DNA from: Cyanobacteria bacterium P01_A01_bin.123
Lineage (GTDB): Bacteria > Cyanobacteriota > Cyanobacteriia > Phormidesmidales > Phormidesmidaceae
DNA: 64,000 nucleotides
Assembly (NCBI GenBank): GCA_039815185.1
Contig: JBCBZT010000003.1
Span: 1 to 64,000 of the forward strand
Direction: 5' to 3'
Shown here: piece after piece, positions 62,668 to 64,000 of the stretch
Layout: each line of letters begins with the position of its first letter
Numbering within the stretch: the stretch's first letter is position 1
Translations under genes and position numbers: made by a program
Notes under the pieces: model-generated
What the model was told of the DNA's origin: nothing
The model's input: only the letters and a program-made list of their open reading frames with translations
Database searches by the model: none

Positions 62668-63573
62668 ATGATGACAACAAAAACTCAAGGGTCCATTACA
62701 TCTGAGCAGGCTGAACAGTTTCACCGCGACGGGTTTTTGGTCGTTGAGAATCTCATCGAGCCAGATTTGGTAGCGCGTTTAGTGGCGCGGTTTGATCCCT
62801 TGTTCGCAGGGGAATTTGAAACCGGGGTTTATCCTGACGAGTGGCACTGGAATCCGTACCTGGGCAAGCCGGGGGCTGCGGGGCAGATGACGGGGGCATG
62901 GAAGTGCGATCACACGGTGGCCTCAGCCATGCTATCGGCCAAAATGGGTCAAATAGCAGCAGTTTTAGAAGGTTGGTCAGGGGCACGGCTGCTAGCAGAT
63001 GGTCTTTGGCAAAAACCCTATGGGGCTAGGGAAACAACCCTGCACCAAGACTCCATGTACATCAATTACCACACGCCACCGGGCGTGATTACCTGCTGGA
63101 TTGCTCTTAGCCATGCCGTTGCTGGGGCCAGTACGATTGAGTACGCGCGGGGATCCCATCGATGGAAGCTGTCTGAGGCCGTCCCTGAATTTCATAATCA
63201 GGACAAAAGTTATCTGGCTGAAATGGAGCGGGCGGCTAAGTTGGCAGGGGTGGCGCAACCTGAAGTCGTGCAGCTCGACATTCCTCCTGGGAGTGGTGTC
63301 TTTCACCACGGCAATACCTGGCACGGTTCCGGCCAAAACACAATGAACGTTGTTCGCCGCAGCATGGTGGTGGCCTATGTGCCTGCTGAAGCCCGGTTTA
63401 AGCCTTTTGGTGCCTATGTCCCAGGGGGCTACATCGCAGGCAAATACCGTCGCCATGGCGATGACACGATGGATGAAAGCTTCTTCCCAATTGTTTGGCG
63501 CGAGGACGGTTATCGTAGCCCGTTCCTGGCGGATTATTGCGACAACGCCCAGACATCCCATTTGGCTATCTAA
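62668..63573 (+). CDS. Phytanoyl-CoA dioxygenase (PhyH) family Fe(II)/2OG enzyme
   Basis: FHRDGFLVVE, LHQD (HxD), TCWIAL, GSH, FHHGNTWHGSGQN...RR. Confidence 0.92.
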   Translation: MMTTKTQGSITSEQAEQFHRDGFLVVENLIEPDLVARLVARFDPLFAGEFETGVYPDEWHWNPYLGKPGAAGQMTGAWKCDHTVASAMLSAKMGQIAAVLEGWSGARLLADGLWQKPYGARETTLHQDSMYINYHTPPGVITCWIALSHAVAGASTIEYARGSHRWKLSEAVPEFHNQDKSYLAEMERAAKLAGVAQPEVVQLDIPPGSGVFHHGNTWHGSGQNTMNVVRRSMVVAYVPAEARFKPFGAYVPGGYIAGKYRRHGDDTMDESFFPIVWREDGYRSPFLADYCDNAQTSHLAI

Positions 63574-63587
63574 TTTCTGAATATCCT

Positions 63588-64000
63588 ATGCCTGCTTTGC
63601 AAACCCCTATCTCCCTGACATTGGCGCAAATTGCCCAATTTCAATCCCAGGGCTATCTCATCCTTGAAAACCTGTTGACGCCTGCTCAGGTTGACCAAAT
63701 CAGCGATCGCTTCGATCCCCTTTTTGACACCCAATTTGAAACCGGCATCTATCCCGATGAATGGTATGGTCGCCCTGGCCTTAGCCAGCCTAATGCAACT
63801 CGCCAGATGACTGGGCTGTGGCGCTGCGATCGCACCCTAGCCAGCTATACCCTCTCTCGCGAAATTGCCCGCCTCAATGCTACCCTCATGGGCTGGGACG
63901 GCGCTCGTTACGCGTTTGATGCCTGCTGGATCAAGCCCCCTGATGCCCCAGAAGTTTCGTTTCATCGCAACAATACTTACGTCTCTAGCGTTGCCCCGGC
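63588..64000 (+). CDS. Second PhyH-family dioxygenase paralogue (3'-truncated by the window; absent from the ORF track)
   Basis: Manual translation MPALQTPISLTLAQIAQFQSQGYLILENLL...RFDPLFDTQFETGIYPDEW...WIKPPDAPEVSFHRNN, colinear with the upstream gene. Confidence 0.9.
   Translation, partial: MPALQTPISLTLAQIAQFQSQGYLILENLLTPAQVDQISDRFDPLFDTQFETGIYPDEWYGRPGLSQPNATRQMTGLWRCDRTLASYTLSREIARLNATLMGWDGARYAFDACWIKPPDAPEVSFHRNNTYVSSVAP

Overview
Cyanobacterial chromosomal segment (psaC, psaK, dense HIP1 octamers GCGATCGC; gene content and style suggest a Leptolyngbya/Nodosilinea-like strain, which is inference). Most of it is core genome: tkt-fabF-acpP, psaC, ftsX, def, leuD, psaK, ftsQ-ftsZ-thiD, SRP RNA, comM/yifB, ribD, trxC, a UvrD-like helicase and yajQ. 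Four accessory-looking blocks stand out. (1) The 3' part of a protein built from near-identical 40-aa helical repeats with a hypervariable dipeptide (1-1408). (2) An 11-kb iron-stress island (futA/idiA, TonB-like protein, dps, idiC/idiB-like pair, fur paralogue, imelysin + di-haem protein, piuC) with about ten Fur-box-like motifs. (3) An NHLP-type peptide export operon facing a divergent 62-aa double-glycine precursor whose Cys-free core is a tandem NLDxxRxENLDKD repeat; the adaptor is shortened and no recognised RiPP maturase is adjacent. (4) A glutamine-synthetase-like ligase followed by two paralogous PhyH dioxygenases, the second with HxN in place of HxD. A small dispersed MITE/REP-like family that overlaps gene stop codons is also visible. 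All product calls come from motif recognition by eye; no database searches were run.
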